Assembly (NCBI GenBank): GCA_963765495.1
Contig: CAVXWP010000003.1
Span: 32,001-96,000, forward strand
DNA from: Blastocatellia bacterium
GTDB taxonomy: Bacteria > Acidobacteriota > Blastocatellia > UBA7656
Direction: 5' to 3'
Length of the DNA stretch: 64,000 nt
Shown one piece after another: positions 38,100 through 48,385 of the stretch (positions within the stretch are counted from its first letter, which is position 1; each line of letters starts with the position of its first letter). The position numbers were made by a program, and so were the translations under genes. The notes beneath the pieces were generated by a model. That model ran no database searches. It saw only the letters and a program-made list of their open reading frames with translations, and was not told where the DNA came from.

Positions 38100-39797
38100 G
38101 TGAAAACACTTCTTTCTCGACGCGACTTCTTAAGAACATCGGCCATCGCCGCCGGTCTGCAATTACCGGCGTGGCGGACTCGCGCTGTGACCGCGGCTCA
38201 GTCAGCCCGCACGATCGCGCGCGGGCCATTCCAGCCGACCTGGGAATCGCTCGCGCAAAACTACCGCGTCCCCGAATGGTTCCGCGACGCGAAGTTTGGC
38301 ATCTGGGCGCACTGGTCGGCCCAGTGCGTGCCGGAGGAGGGCGACTGGTACGCGCGGAGAATGTACCAACAAGGCGACTCGGCTTACGACTACCACGTTA
38401 AGACTTATGGCCATCCCTCGAAGTTCGGCTTCATGGAAGTCGATAACCTCTGGAAGGCGGAGCGCTGGGAGCCTGAGAAGCTGATGGCGCTTTACAAGCG
38501 CGCCGGCGCGAAATACTTTTTCGCCCTCGCCAACCACCATGATAACTTCGACGCCTACGACTCGAAGTATCACGCCTGGAACTCGGTCAACGTCGGCCCG
38601 AAGAAAGACATCGTCGGCACGTGGGCCAAAGTCGCGCGGGCAAACGGGCTGCGCTTCGGCGTCAGCAACCATTCGGCCCACGCGTGGCACTGGTTTCAAG
38701 TCGCTTACGGGTACGATGCCGAAGGGGGGAAGGCCGGCCTGCGCTATGACGCCGCGCAGTTGACAAAGGCTGATGGGAAAGGCAAGTGGTGGGAGGGGCT
38801 CGACCCGCAGGAACTCTACACCGGACCTAACCTGATTGTGCCCGACGGCATCACCAGCATCGAAGCCATGAACGAGTGGCACGCGAAGCACGACGGCGCG
38901 TGGAACGAGAACCCGCCGCCGATGAATCCGGCGTTCACCGAGCAGTGGTTCCTCCGCTGTCAGGACCTGGTTGATAAATACCAGCCAGATGTTCTCTACT
39001 TCGACGACACCGAACTGCCGCTCGGCCAGGCGGGGCTCGATATTGTGGCGCACTACTACAACACCAATATCGCGCGCCACAAGGGCAAGCTCGAGGCGGT
39101 CGTCAATGCCAAACACATGAAGCCGGAACACGTCGCCGCCCTCGTCGAAGACATCGAGCGAGGCGTCGCCACCGGCATCCGCCCTCACCCGTGGCAGACC
39201 GACACCTGCATCGGCTCGTGGCATTACAGCCGGGCCATTGCCGAGCAGAACAAGTACAAGACGGTCGGTCAGGTCATAGATATGCTGCTCGACATCGTGA
39301 GCAAAAACGGTAACCTCATGCTCAGCGTCCCCGTCCGCGGCGACGGCACGATAGACGAGCACGAGATCGCTTTCCTCGAAGGCATGGCGGCATGGATGAA
39401 GACGAATGCCGAGGGCGTCTTCGGCAGCCGCCCGTGGAAGGTTTACGGCGAAGGCCCCTCGACCGTTGAGACGCCCGAGGCGGGCCAGTTCGGCGGCGCG
39501 CGCGACGTGCGCAGCAAGGCTTACACGATTGAAGACATCCGCTTCACGACTAAGGGTGACACGCTCTACGCCTACCTGCTTGCGCCGCAGCCAGCGACGT
39601 CGGTCGTCATCAAGAGCCTGGCGACGAACTCGCCACACACCGGCGGACGGAAAGTTAAGGACGTTATGATTCTGGGCGGCGGCAAACCGGAGTGGTCGCA
39701 AGGCGAGCAAGGTCTCAGCGTGAAGCTGCCGGAGAGGCTACCGAGCAATGAGGCGGTCGGGCTGAAGATCAGCTATGACTCGCGCAGAAAAGGCTGA
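38100..39797 (+). CDS. Alpha-L-fucosidase (GH29), Tat-exported
   Basis: SRRDFL, WFRDAKFGIWAHW, HHDNF and VSKNGNL. GTG start after GGAAGGAG. The extreme C-terminus may derive from the adjacent fragment. Confidence 0.92.
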   Translation: MKTLLSRRDFLRTSAIAAGLQLPAWRTRAVTAAQSARTIARGPFQPTWESLAQNYRVPEWFRDAKFGIWAHWSAQCVPEEGDWYARRMYQQGDSAYDYHVKTYGHPSKFGFMEVDNLWKAERWEPEKLMALYKRAGAKYFFALANHHDNFDAYDSKYHAWNSVNVGPKKDIVGTWAKVARANGLRFGVSNHSAHAWHWFQVAYGYDAEGGKAGLRYDAAQLTKADGKGKWWEGLDPQELYTGPNLIVPDGITSIEAMNEWHAKHDGAWNENPPPMNPAFTEQWFLRCQDLVDKYQPDVLYFDDTELPLGQAGLDIVAHYYNTNIARHKGKLEAVVNAKHMKPEHVAALVEDIERGVATGIRPHPWQTDTCIGSWHYSRAIAEQNKYKTVGQVIDMLLDIVSKNGNLMLSVPVRGDGTIDEHEIAFLEGMAAWMKTNAEGVFGSRPWKVYGEGPSTVETPEAGQFGGARDVRSKAYTIEDIRFTTKGDTLYAYLLAPQPATSVVIKSLATNSPHTGGRKVKDVMILGGGKPEWSQGEQGLSVKLPERLPSNEAVGLKISYDSRRKG

Positions 39798-39885
39798 ACT
39801 GCTCCAGTGGATTGTGCGCGACCTCGGCGATGCCTTTCCGAGAATTGAGAGCCACCCAGGCGTCATGGGAGGCGCGGCCTGCAGT
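39775..39885 (+). pseudogene. DUF433-type antitoxin fragment
   Basis: AEKAELLQW..IESHPGVMGGAAC, after which the similarity stops. Confidence 0.6.
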
Positions 39886-39935
39886 GCGGCACCGGCATGG
39901 AGATATTCATCAACAGCCTATTTCCATTATCGTTC

Positions 39936-41165
39936 TCAGGCAAGCTCAGTGCGAATTGCTTTTATTGCCGCGTCAATATCCGCCTCGGTGTTGAAGATGT
40001 GCGGCGAGATGCGATTTCCGTTAAACCACCTTTTCTCTCCGACCTTAATCACTATGCCGTATTTTTTGAGTAAGAGATCCCGAAAAGCCCGACCGTCGAT
40101 TGAATCAGGAAGTTTGAACGAAACAAGCGGCGTCGCGAGTGGCCCGGGCGGTGGACTAACCACTTGAATCTTTGAGATTTTGCTTAATTTCATATAGGCC
40201 CGGTCGCGCAATTCGATGATGCGTTTTTCAACCGTCGCCATGCCGCGTTTTTGCATGGCTTCGATAGCGGCCCCAAGCCCGACCACCAGAGGGAGGTTTC
40301 CCACGCCAGTCGAACTTGCAACGAACCGAAGCCCGTCCTCGCGCTGAACCGGTTGGATCAAGGAAGTCGCATCTTTGCTGATGTAGAGAAACCCCGTTCC
40401 TTTCGGCCCCATCAGCCATTTGTGACCGGTGGCTACGTAGGCAGAACATCCTAACTTCCTGACATCGACATCAATGCCCCCAACCGCCTGAGCGCCGTCA
40501 ACGACGCACAATATCCCGCGATTTTTTGCCAGAGCCGCTATCTCCGCTATCGGCATTCTCAGGCCGGTTGAGGTAATCACGTGGCTGACACTGATAACCT
40601 TTGTCCTGTCGGTAATCGCTTTTTCAAACCGGCTGATTATCGCCTTGATGTCGAAATCGCCGGGGGCTATTGTCACTAGATCGATATCAATGCCACGGCG
40701 TCTTTTCAGGTAGCTCCAACAGATGCTACCGCCTTCGTGTTCGACGTCAGTGGTCAGGACGCGGTCGCCAGGATTCAGATTGAGACCCAGAGCAACGCAG
40801 TTCATGGCATCGGTTGCGCTTCGGGATATGAGCAGTTCGTCAGCGGTGCAGCCGATTAAGGTCGCCACCTGTTCACGCGCGTGATCCGTCTCTACATGAA
40901 CGGCACCCATCCCATATGCCATCATAACCGGATCCAACTCCAGCTCATACCAGGCCTTCAAAACTTTATCGAGAACGGTTCGAGGTGTGGGTCCGAGTGC
41001 AGCAGTGTTGAGGTAGTTCAATCCCGGCTCGAACATATATTCCGAATTGTCGGCAAGGCGTGCCTCTAACTCAGGGCCCTTTGACCGGGCAAACGGCTCT
41101 GCGTTCAGCAGAAATGCCCCGCTTGTCAGCCCCGCGAGTAGCTCGCGACGTGAAAGTTTGTTCAC
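39936..41165 (-). CDS. Aminotransferase class V PLP enzyme (cysteine desulfurase / isopenicillin N epimerase-like), Tat motif
   Basis: LSRRELL, YLNTAALGP, EHEGG, VDGAQ and TGHKW PLP lysine. GTG start after AAGGAGG. Confidence 0.88.
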   Translation of the reverse strand: MNKLSRRELLAGLTSGAFLLNAEPFARSKGPELEARLADNSEYMFEPGLNYLNTAALGPTPRTVLDKVLKAWYELELDPVMMAYGMGAVHVETDHAREQVATLIGCTADELLISRSATDAMNCVALGLNLNPGDRVLTTDVEHEGGSICWSYLKRRRGIDIDLVTIAPGDFDIKAIISRFEKAITDRTKVISVSHVITSTGLRMPIAEIAALAKNRGILCVVDGAQAVGGIDVDVRKLGCSAYVATGHKWLMGPKGTGFLYISKDATSLIQPVQREDGLRFVASSTGVGNLPLVVGLGAAIEAMQKRGMATVEKRIIELRDRAYMKLSKISKIQVVSPPPGPLATPLVSFKLPDSIDGRAFRDLLLKKYGIVIKVGEKRWFNGNRISPHIFNTEADIDAAIKAIRTELA

Positions 41166-41325
41166 AGATTCACCCTCCTTTGAACAGCACAACTGTGCGG
41201 CGGGTCTCGGACATCTGCGGTTAAATTGCTCATCCGCCCTGGCAATGACTGACTGAAATCTTCGCAACATCACGACCGAACCGTGTGGCTTTGGCGCAGG
41301 GAAATTCGTCCGTTCAATCAACGGC

Positions 41326-43278
41326 TCAAGGGTTTCTTACCAGTGGCAGCTCGATAAAGCTCTGCTGGCCTTCGGTGTGGTAAATTCGCTGTGTCGCTTT
41401 CTTATAATCCTGCGGCTTGGCCCAGAAGATATTCTGGACGAAGGTCTGCGGATTGCGGTCATAAAGCGGAAACCAGCTTGACTGAATCTGCACCATCATC
41501 CGGTGGCCGGGCAGAAATACATGATTTGCCGTCGGCAATGCGAATCTGTATAAGAGCGGCTTGTTGGATTCAATCGGCTTAGCGGTTTCAAAGCTATCGC
41601 GGTAGCGCCCGCGAAAAATGTCTGCCGATACCATCAACTGGTAACCGCCCATCTCTGGCTGCCCGGCGACCTCATCGGGATAGACATCAATTACTTTTAC
41701 AACCCAGTCGGAATCCGTTCCGCTTGTCGAGGCGATCAGATTAACGACCGGCTCGCCGCTTATCTTGACAGGCTCGGTCAATACGTCCGAAGTATAGGTC
41801 AAAACATCGGTCCGCCCGGATGCTTCACGCTGGTCATCTACGAGCCAGCGCCACCAGGTCAACTCGTCTGTATAACCCGTCGGGCGGTTGGGCCGCGCTC
41901 GAAACGGCACGGGCTTGGCCGGATCGGAAATATATTCGTCATACGCCTCGCTTCGGCCACCCTGCGCCGTCATCGTTAATTTTGATCCGGCGCTCAGATA
42001 GACCGGGGTATTCTTGATTTCGCAACCGCTTGCACACCCGGCAGGCCACGCCGGCAAGCGTCGCCATGTGTTGGTTCCGGTTTCATAAGCCGTCACCGAT
42101 GCCACGTCCATCGGCGGCGCATCATCTTTTAGAAAATGATCGAGGAATTGCCGCAGGATTTCCTTGCGAAAATAGAGGCCGGTATCGCTGCCCCACTTGA
42201 GTGCGCCCAAGCGGCTCGCGTCCTGAATCTCCTGACCGTGATGCCATGGACCCATCACCAGAAACACCTTGTCGTTGTTTGTGTCCTTGGGCTTAATCGC
42301 TTTGTATACGGCGATGGCTCCGTAGATGTCTTCCTGATCCCAGAGACTGTGTACCAGCATAACCGGCACCTTAAGCGGTTGTTTGGCGAGAATCTTATCA
42401 ACCGCCTGGTCTTGCCAGAATGCGTCATAGCTCGGATGTTCGAGCAGTTTTTTCCAGAAACCGATCTGCTCCATCCCGCGTTGACGACCGAGTTCCCCGG
42501 CCGACCCTGCGCGCATATAGGTGTCGTAGTCGTCAAACGTAGTGGTCCACCACAACGCTTCGTTTGAGCGCGTCGCCACCTGCTCGTAAATGTAAGGCAT
42601 ATTCTGCTGCCGGAACGCGCCGTTGTGAAACCAGTCGTCGCCCATCCAGCCATCGACCATCGGATTCATCGGCACCGAAACTTTTAACGCCGGGTGCGGA
42701 TTCACGAGCGCCATAAGCGGTAAAAAGCCGTCATAAGAGATGCCGAGTATGCCGACCTTGCCGTTGCTTTCCGGGAGGTTCTTTACCAGCCAGTCAATAG
42801 TGTCATAGGTGTCTGTGGCGTGATCTACGGGCGTTGGATTTTGCGGGCCGTGCAGCGGGCGATTCATGACATAATCGCCTTCGGATGCGTACTTGCCGCG
42901 TATGTCCTGAACTACGCGAATATAACCGCCCTCGACGATTACTTCGGTGGCGTTATCATACCCGGAAAGTATCGGCCCGAGATGCACGCTCTGAGCGTGA
43001 CTCGTTAGCACCGTGGCGTTATACGGCGTGCGAGTAAGCAGTATCGGAGCATTCCTTGCGCCCTTCGGCACAAGGATAACCGTATGCAGTCTGACCCCGT
43101 CGCGCATCGGGATCATTACGTCTCGCCGTTCATACTCAAAGCCGTTATAGGTCGGCTTGAAGTTGTCCGGCGTTTCGCTCGGCAACTCGGGATACTTTGG
43201 ATTCTGTGCGAAACACGGGAGCGCGCCTGTCAAAGTTGCCAGCCAGAACAGAACGATAAGAAAACGGCATTGCTTCAT
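41326..43278 (-). CDS. CocE/NonD hydrolase, alpha-amino acid ester hydrolase / glutaryl-7-ACA acylase-like
   Basis: IPMRDGV, TRTPY, GISYDGF, WDQED and GPWHHG, with a signal peptide. Confidence 0.92.
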   Translation of the reverse strand: MKQCRFLIVLFWLATLTGALPCFAQNPKYPELPSETPDNFKPTYNGFEYERRDVMIPMRDGVRLHTVILVPKGARNAPILLTRTPYNATVLTSHAQSVHLGPILSGYDNATEVIVEGGYIRVVQDIRGKYASEGDYVMNRPLHGPQNPTPVDHATDTYDTIDWLVKNLPESNGKVGILGISYDGFLPLMALVNPHPALKVSVPMNPMVDGWMGDDWFHNGAFRQQNMPYIYEQVATRSNEALWWTTTFDDYDTYMRAGSAGELGRQRGMEQIGFWKKLLEHPSYDAFWQDQAVDKILAKQPLKVPVMLVHSLWDQEDIYGAIAVYKAIKPKDTNNDKVFLVMGPWHHGQEIQDASRLGALKWGSDTGLYFRKEILRQFLDHFLKDDAPPMDVASVTAYETGTNTWRRLPAWPAGCASGCEIKNTPVYLSAGSKLTMTAQGGRSEAYDEYISDPAKPVPFRARPNRPTGYTDELTWWRWLVDDQREASGRTDVLTYTSDVLTEPVKISGEPVVNLIASTSGTDSDWVVKVIDVYPDEVAGQPEMGGYQLMVSADIFRGRYRDSFETAKPIESNKPLLYRFALPTANHVFLPGHRMMVQIQSSWFPLYDRNPQTFVQNIFWAKPQDYKKATQRIYHTEGQQSFIELPLVRNP

Positions 43279-43452
43279 GATTCCTCCGGTTAACCCTTTC
43301 GTCCAATCTAATAAGGGCGAATCTTTTTGAGATATTCAGTAATCCGCACGCCGCTCGCCCCGACGCTTTCCGTCCTTGACAATTATTTTGTGCCTAAATA
43401 GGCTTCCTGCGATCTTCTGCAGACCGAATTTATCCGCAACGGAGCATCTACG

Positions 43453-44721
43453 ATGAAAGACCATTCGCACGATTCTACTCTTAACCGCATCCACTTGCAC
43501 ACGTATTCTCAGGATGATGTCACACGCCGAGAATTCCTATCTGCCCTCTTACCGGGCGCGATCTTCGCAACACATGTGCTCGCCAAGGGGCAAGACGATC
43601 TTCGCGAGCGGTTCCGCCGAATGTCGGAAGAGGCCGAACGCAACGGGCTTGCCGAGCCATTCAAAGGAATCACAACCAATGGCAATGTCACATCGGGACT
43701 GTTTCCTATCCATTCCACTGGTGTTTCCACCGAGCACGTGCGCATTGCCGCAGAGAGATTTCTCAACACCCTCACGTCAGAACAACGCAGCAAAACGATG
43801 TTTGACATTGATGATCCCGAGTGGCGCAAATGGATGAACCAGCATTTCTACATACGCCAGGGCATCAGCTTCAAGGAGATGACCAATGGGCAACGCGAGG
43901 CGGCATTCGGCCTCATGCAGACATCGCTCAGCGCCAGAGGGTTTCAGCTTACGCGCAATATTATGCGTTTGAATGAAACGCTGGCTGAACTTTCGGGGGA
44001 TCATGAATTCCTCGGCGAATGGCTGTATCACATCACGGTTATGGGCAAGCCCTCGGCTACAGAGCCTTGGGGTTGGCAGTTCGACGGCCACCACGCCATC
44101 ATTAACTACTTCGTTCTCGGCGATCAAATCGTGATGACTCCGCACTTCGCGGGCTCCGAGCCGGTCGTCGCCACATCGGGCAAGTATAAGGGCACGGTCA
44201 TTCTTCAGGATGAACAGAATCAGGGGCTCGCGATGATCCGTGATCTGAACGAGATTCAACGAAAGAAGGCTGTTCTCAATTTCTCAAAGACCGGCAACAA
44301 CAACCTGACCGAGGCTTTCAAGGATAACGTGGTACTGGACTATGCAGGGGTTCGAGCCGGGGAATTGGCAGCGCGGCAACGGCGGCATCTGCTTGAACTG
44401 GTTAATCTCTACATCGGCCAGATGGATGAGGGTCACGCAAGAGTGAAGTTGGCGGAAGTCAAAGGACACCTCGACCAGACTTGGTTTGCCTGGATCGGTG
44501 GAACGGAGGCCGAGAGCGTATTCTATTACCGCATTCAAAGCCCGGTTGTGCTGATAGAATTCGATCATCAGCGGCCCGCAAACCTGGCCCGATTCGCCGC
44601 CGACCCAAAACAGCCAACGCGCCAGCATATTCACGTGGTAGTACGCACACCGAATGGAAACGACTACGGCAAGGATCTGCTGCGGCAGCACTACGAGTCA
44701 CACCCTCACAGGGCATCGTAG
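43453..44721 (+). CDS. DUF3500-family protein with Tat-like motif
   Basis: TRREFL, PWGWQFDGHH, YYRIQSP..IEFDH and HIH.V.RTPNGNDYG. Confidence 0.8.
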   Translation: MKDHSHDSTLNRIHLHTYSQDDVTRREFLSALLPGAIFATHVLAKGQDDLRERFRRMSEEAERNGLAEPFKGITTNGNVTSGLFPIHSTGVSTEHVRIAAERFLNTLTSEQRSKTMFDIDDPEWRKWMNQHFYIRQGISFKEMTNGQREAAFGLMQTSLSARGFQLTRNIMRLNETLAELSGDHEFLGEWLYHITVMGKPSATEPWGWQFDGHHAIINYFVLGDQIVMTPHFAGSEPVVATSGKYKGTVILQDEQNQGLAMIRDLNEIQRKKAVLNFSKTGNNNLTEAFKDNVVLDYAGVRAGELAARQRRHLLELVNLYIGQMDEGHARVKLAEVKGHLDQTWFAWIGGTEAESVFYYRIQSPVVLIEFDHQRPANLARFAADPKQPTRQHIHVVVRTPNGNDYGKDLLRQHYESHPHRAS

Positions 44722-44839
44722 GATGCTCCCTATAGACAATTCGATGAACGTCAGTTATGAGTGCTCACTTTTGTGATAACAGCAGATTCGAGGGCTTATT
44801 CTTCCCGCCTTCCGCATCGACGGCAGCACGTGAGCGTGG

Positions 44840-45609
44840 CCAGACAGATCGGCTTGCACCTTCGACAGACTTATTCGCGCTTGAGCAAGAAGGGGCTTGC
44901 ACAGCAGGGACGTTATGCCTGCGCGCAGCAACTCAAGCGAGCGCGAAAAGAGACGAGAAAACTGCGGATTTACTTTGGTCGGGTGCTGAGAAATTTGGGG
45001 CGATTCACAGGACCGTTGAAGGAGAAACAAACAGAGTTGCTTTCGATCAGCCAGCGAATCTACCAACAGAAGCGACACGACAGAAAGAAGATCTACAGCC
45101 TGCATGCGCCAGAGGTCTCATGTATAGCAAAGGGGAAGGCGCACAAGAAGTATGAATTCGGCTCAAAGTTGGCAATCGTGACGACATCAAAGGAGTGTTG
45201 GGTAGTAGCAATAGATGCAGTGAGTGGAAATCCCTATGACGGGACGCTGCTAAAACCAGCGATCAAACAGATGGAGGAGTTGACGGGGAAAAGACCGAAA
45301 GAGGCATTTGTAGATAGAGGGTTTCGAGGAAGTGAGCATCCTTCGGAGGATGTGGCAGTCTGCATAAGCGGGAGAAAGAAACTGAGTCGGAGGTTGAGGA
45401 GGTTACTGAGGAGGAGAGCGGCAATAGAGCCGGTGATCGGGCACACGAAACAGGAGCACGGACTGAAGCGAAATCACTTAATTGGAGCAAAGGGAGATCG
45501 AATCAACGCGATGTTGAGCGGGTGTGCGTGGAACCTGAAGAAGCTGATGCGAGCACTCCAAGAGATATTGCCTCTAAGGGCTGCCGCATGACTTTTTCAC
45601 CTTCGACTA
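44840..45609 (+). mobile_element. IS5-family transposase, 5'-truncated, with right terminal repeat
   Basis: KIYSLHAPEV.CIAKGKAHKKYEFG, GNPYDG, VDRGFRG and AIEPVIGH.K. End sequence CTTTTTCACCTTCGACTA follows the stop at 45591. Confidence 0.88.
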
Positions 45610-45740
45610 CCCCTGCGTAATTCCAGTTATATATTGAAAGGGTATCTCCCTCAGGTGGGATGAGTGTTTCCGATTGATGAACGTTGGTTAGAAGTATCCA
45701 GCTTTTCATTTCTGTGTCTGTCCTTTGGCTTTCACAGGTC

Positions 45741-46695
45741 TCATAATTTGGCATTCGGCTGTGATTCAGCCTGATCCTCGTTCCACGGACCGGAAGGAGG
45801 CCATACTTTCTTGAATCCCTCTGCTCTGGACGCGGCTATCGTCACCGGCATTAGAAAGTCACTTAAAGCAGTAACAATGTCTGTAAGGGTGTTCCCCTCG
45901 GACTCCAATTTAGCGCGGCTAATGAATGCCCCCACTGAGCCTGTTTGCTTTGATCCTCGTAGAATTCCCGGGTCAGGGCCAACGGCAACTCTGTCGGTAA
46001 TTGAGTTGCACGCCTGGCAAAAGTGGCTTTGATCGCTTTGCCAAGTGCTTCTCCTTGAAAGCTGAATTTTCTCGAAAGTATCCAAATGCCATAAAAGTCC
46101 TTCATCCGGCTGTTGGCAATTCCCAACATAACCATAGCTTGGAATTTTTCGGCGATCACTGCTTCACGTGGGTAGCCAATAGGTGAGGTTTAGGAAAATC
46201 GAGCAGGGTTGGATACTCCATTTCTTCGGCGGGAGGATTGATCGCATCCCCGAACCCTACATCCACCTGGACTGTAATCCGTGCTGCGGCAAGTCTTGCC
46301 TCAAAGTGGATGCGTGCTCCCTCATACTCCTGATCTTCTCGGATACGCTCGCCGCGCACGCTCTCTTTGCGAAACTCAAGACCGTCATCCTCAACCTGGG
46401 TAGTGATGATCTCACGAAATATCTCTTCAAGTCGGGAAATGTTGCTTGTGCCCCGTCCTAGCAGATCGAGATCACGTGTCGGCCGGTGCGGGTCGTCACT
46501 CCACAGAGAAAAAAGCAGCGTTCCTTTGAGTATGAACTGACTGCGGTGCGCGCTACGACTCAGCCGGTACATCGTGCGTTGAAGAGCGTAGCGCGTCAGG
46601 ACGAGTTGAAAATCTTTCTGCTTCTCTTTAGCCAGATTGAGCAGGCGCTGACGAACCGAAGATGCCAGATTGCGCAGTGGCCGACGCGAATTCAT
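45741..46695 (-). pseudogene. abiEii: AbiEii/AbiGii nucleotidyltransferase toxin (type IV TA), two frameshifts
   Basis: SVRQRLLN, FILKG, RPTRDLD, VDVGFGD and AEKFQAMV.LG.ANSRMKDF split over three frames. Confidence 0.85.
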
Positions 46696-47105
46696 GTGAG
46701 CGCCTCCAGATAGGGTCGCATCACGCGGGCCACACAGCAGATTCGGGCATACTTCCATCGCCACATCCAATCCGATCTTATTGCGGTACTTAAAGCAATC
46801 AGCTACGGTTTTCGCCGGGCCGTATATCCTCACGCGCGCGCCCTCGATCCAATGCTCTTCAATGCCCGCGCTCAGAGCTTCGCCTGAGAAGCGAACAATG
46901 CGTAGCTGGGTTTAGCCACCGGTCGGCTTGTGGGCCTTGCGATCAATTGCCAGCCAGACTTCGAAAGGCGATTGCGTAGTCAGTTCGTGAAAGCGCAGGG
47001 CGGATAGAAGACAGACCACGCCGCGCGGTACGAGCTTGGCAGCTTCGACCAGACTGTGATGCTCAGTGAACTCATAGGTCGGGAGGCGATAGATTCCGCG
47101 ACCAC
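46692..47105 (-). pseudogene. abiEi: AbiEi-type antitoxin: 5'-truncated, frameshifted and internally deleted
   Basis: [42 protein letters not shown] and out-of-frame YARIC.VARVMRPYLEAL*. Confidence 0.85.
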
Positions 47106-47526
47106 AACAAAGCCTGTAGAGAGTGGCTTTGCGCATATCGAGATAGATGCTGCTCGGCAGGTGCTATTTTTTGTGGATACAAATGGTCTTGTCTCTAAGA
47201 TTCTGCCGGTTTCGACCGGTACGGGAAAGCTTTTCACTTCCGAGGGACGGACCCGGCGCGCCTGCACCCCGTGCGGACGGTTTACCATCTATCGCAAGAT
47301 AAACGGCTGGCGGCGTAGCCCGCTGGGACTACTCTACTACCCAAATTACATCCACGGCGGAGTCGCCATACATGGCAACCCTTCTGTGCCCGCTTATCCG
47401 GCAAGCCACGGTTGCATACGCATCCCTATGTTCGCAGCCAAAGAGTTCAGCGAAATGACGCCTATCGGAACAGTTGTGATTATTCATGATGGCCCCTTTC
47501 CCTTGAACGATTCCAACAGCCCTTGA
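47100..47526 (+). pseudogene. L,D-transpeptidase (YkuD) catalytic domain, N-terminus lost
   Basis: IEID..RQ.L, PVSTG and AIHG..ASHGCIR. The 5' end runs into the opposite-strand AbiEi remnant. Confidence 0.8.
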
Positions 47527-47736
47527 TGACCTGACCCAGCAGCGCCCTTCCAAAGCGCGACCTTACTCAATTTGTGCGTGCTTTCACCCGGGTACTGCTC
47601 TACGCCGCAAGCAGAATCTAGAGAATAAGATCGGTATATTGGTTGCTTGATCTATGTAGGGTCAGGTTTGCAGAGATTTGTCTGATGAGGGAGAGGTCAC
47701 TTGCCTTTCCTTCCGGCTTTTAGGAGGAGACCAGTC

Positions 47737-48108
47737 ATGTCAACCGAAGAGATTGCGCGAGAGCGATGGACTACATTCTTTGATGACTTCAGCCAGCGAC
47801 ATCAAGGATGGCTTGTGACGATAGAGGTGTTGGGAGCCGATATCGGCGATCAGGTGGAGGTGCGTGGGCTTCCACTTGAAGGAATAACCGCCGAACTGAG
47901 TGACCGGGATAAAGACGAGGTAGAGATTTTCGCCGGTATGAGACCGGACTCGCACGTATCACATAAGATTGCTGCGCCAGAGCATGTTTACATAAAGCGG
48001 TCAGATGAAGGGACGGATGAGGCGCTTGAGATCGCATCCAAAAATCGAACAGTAATAATCAAATTCCGTTCGGCAGTCCCACCGGAAATGGTGGACGGGG
48101 TTGTATAA
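47737..48108 (+). CDS. DUF5335-like protein
   Basis: W..FFD.FS..H.G..VTIEVLG.DIGDQ.E...LPL.GIT. RBS AGGAGGAG. Confidence 0.7.
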   Translation: MSTEEIARERWTTFFDDFSQRHQGWLVTIEVLGADIGDQVEVRGLPLEGITAELSDRDKDEVEIFAGMRPDSHVSHKIAAPEHVYIKRSDEGTDEALEIASKNRTVIIKFRSAVPPEMVDGVV

Positions 48109-48209
48109 CGATGGCCGAAGCAAGAGAGCTTATCGTTTTGATGTAACGTGCCCGAGGTCTTCTAAACCTCCCTCTTTACATCGAGGTCGCCTTCGACGCA
48201 AGACGTACC

Positions 48210-48225
48210 GGGCAAGCCCTTTGCA
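48210..48225 (+). promoter_or_regulatory. Possible sigma54 promoter upstream of atpA
   Basis: GGGCAAGCCCTTTGCA keeps GG-N10-GC with GGCA and TTGCA. Confidence 0.35.
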
Positions 48226-48385
48226 GGCTCCTGATCGCGCTCGACGAAGTTACAGAATATGCGCAGACGTGGCCCGTGGCTTAATGATTGTGCCAAAATA
48301 TAGAGCATTGGCGGTCATCGCCATAGAGCAGGCTTGATAGACAAGCTCTCACAAAACTGCTCCAATACCATAAAGGAGTCTGAAC

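Noticed and set aside
38202-39710. 502-aa minus-strand ORF opposite GH29
   Set aside because: Antisense shadow with no family motifs.
44755-44840. Minus-strand HVLPSMRKA, resembling a tyrosine integrase C-terminus
   Set aside because: Too short to support as a feature, although it is compatible with another remnant.
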